From positions 1 to 42,368 of the forward strand of contig JBBIML010000023.1 in NCBI GenBank assembly GCA_037444405.1: a DNA stretch of 42,368 nucleotides, in the 5' to 3' direction. The notes below the pieces were generated by a model that saw only the letters and a list, made by a program, of their open reading frames with translations, ran no database searches and had not been told where the DNA came from. Each line of letters starts with the position of its first letter. Positions within the stretch are counted from its first letter, which is position 1. Source of the DNA: Armatimonadota bacterium (GTDB taxonomy: Bacteria > Armatimonadota > Fimbriimonadia > Fimbriimonadales > GBS-DC). Shown here one piece after another: positions 41,131-42,368 of this stretch. The position numbers were made by a program, and so were the translations under genes.

Positions 41131-42338
41131 AGCGGCACCAGCACAGCGGCGAAGATAGCCTCATGCGCCCGAATCTGCTGAAGTGTGCTGGCGGGCGGTC
41201 GGCTATCCAGCTGGATGCGGGCGACAGCGGCTTCCGCACCCTCGAAAATCACATTCTCGGTCTCCTGCACATTGATACCCGCCTCACGCAGACAGTCGAA
41301 CACATGCGCCAGCACGCCCACGCGATCGAGGTGGCGCACTACCAGCAGGTATCGGGCGGGCGTGCGCGTGGCGAGGTTCACCACATTGGGCACATGCCCC
41401 GTTTGCAGATAGGTTCGCACGATATGCACCACTTCGGCAGCGATGGCTTCCTGCGCCTGGCGAGTGGACGCGCCGATGTGGTGCGTGCCGTACACATTTG
41501 GCAGCTGCACGAGCGGGTTCTCGAAGCTGCCCTCGGCGCTCGATGGCTCGCCATCGAACACATCCAGCCCTGCACGGATGCCCTTCTCGTGAACCGCCCA
41601 TGCGAGCGCCTCTTCGTCCACCACTTCGGCGCGGGCGGTGTTGATGAAGTAGGCGCCGGGCTTCATCGCCTCGAAAAAGGCGCGGTTGCACAGCTGGCGT
41701 GTGTCGGGCGTGAGGGCGACATGGACGCTTACAATATCGGCATCGGCGGCGACATCGAGCGGTGTGGCGCGGTAGCCGATGCCAAGCTGCTCGGCGCGTT
41801 CAGGGGTCAGCGATCGGCTCCAGCCGATGACGCGCAAGCCGAACGCCTTCGCGCGGGGGATCATCTCGCGCCCGATATTGCCCAGACCAATCAGCCCCAG
41901 CGTGCCGCCATAAAGCCCACGCGCCTCGCTGAACTCCTTCTTGTTCCAGCGACCCTCGCGCAACTGCTGCACATTGTCGGGGATGCGCCGATCGAGCGCG
42001 AGTATCAACCCGAATGCCAGCTCGGCGACGGCAATCGCGTTCTTGCCAGGGCAGTTCGCCACATAGATGCCGCGTCGGGAGGCGGTCGCCACATCGATGG
42101 TGTTGACCCCCGCACCTGCGCGAATGACCAGGCTCAATTTGCTGGCAGCTTCCAGCATCGGTGCGGTGACCTGCGTGGAGCGCACAATCAGCACATCGGG
42201 GTCATGCTGGCGCAGGGCATCGACAAGGCTCGCCTCCTTGAGGGAGGGGTCGTAGATAATTGTGCAGCCGAGCGCTTTCAGCCCATCCAGCCCGCTCTGC
42301 TCGAACTTGTCCACTATCAACACGGTTAGCGCCTGCAT
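41127..42338 (-). CDS. serA: D-3-phosphoglycerate dehydrogenase-like 2-hydroxyacid dehydrogenase with ACT domain
   Basis: RAGAGVNTID, GLGNIG, INTARAEVVD, LDVF, HHIGAST; ACT domain HLDRVGVLA. Confidence 0.75.
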   Translation of the reverse strand: MQALTVLIVDKFEQSGLDGLKALGCTIIYDPSLKEASLVDALRQHDPDVLIVRSTQVTAPMLEAASKLSLVIRAGAGVNTIDVATASRRGIYVANCPGKNAIAVAELAFGLILALDRRIPDNVQQLREGRWNKKEFSEARGLYGGTLGLIGLGNIGREMIPRAKAFGLRVIGWSRSLTPERAEQLGIGYRATPLDVAADADIVSVHVALTPDTRQLCNRAFFEAMKPGAYFINTARAEVVDEEALAWAVHEKGIRAGLDVFDGEPSSAEGSFENPLVQLPNVYGTHHIGASTRQAQEAIAAEVVHIVRTYLQTGHVPNVVNLATRTPARYLLVVRHLDRVGVLAHVFDCLREAGINVQETENVIFEGAEAAVARIQLDSRPPASTLQQIRAHEAIFAAVLVPL

Positions 42339-42368
42339 CGCAGGGTTATCGTTCGCGCCTCCACGCGC

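Overview
GC-rich bacterial window of about 40 tightly packed genes, mostly housekeeping or metabolic. The organism is probably a thermophilic Armatimonadota-like diderm; this is an inference from the PEP-CTERM protein plus the 'GDVNGDGCVDDADLL..VLF.FG' C-terminal module. Recognisable genes: a Cys-rich HYR/SdrD-B surface protein, an S8 protease, an isolated nuoH-J-K block, darA-tmk-ycf45, sad, a MacA-like adaptor, galT, a CstB-like MBL-rhodanese, clpB, uvrC, a Ubl-MoeB-rhodanese fusion, a Ser/Thr kinase, nfeD, an M16 peptidase, tatA, secG, a PIN/VapC-type TA pair, an ADH and a serA-like gene. I see no rRNA, tRNA, CRISPR array or transposase. The most notable observations are: (1) two neighbouring secreted paralogues that share an unrecognised ~300-aa domain but carry different C-terminal anchors (PEP-CTERM versus dockerin-like); (2) a candidate ~75-nt antisense-strand sRNA with an anti-Shine-Dalgarno loop; (3) a ubiquitin-like sulfur carrier fused in frame to its E1; (4) a recurring GG(G)-TAnnnT promoter pattern that predicts many leaderless mRNAs; (5) a Hanks kinase without the Gly-rich loop; (6) a GTAG-REP triplet that supplies a stop codon; (7) a decayed MNT-HEPN pair. 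All family assignments come from motif recognition, not database searches.
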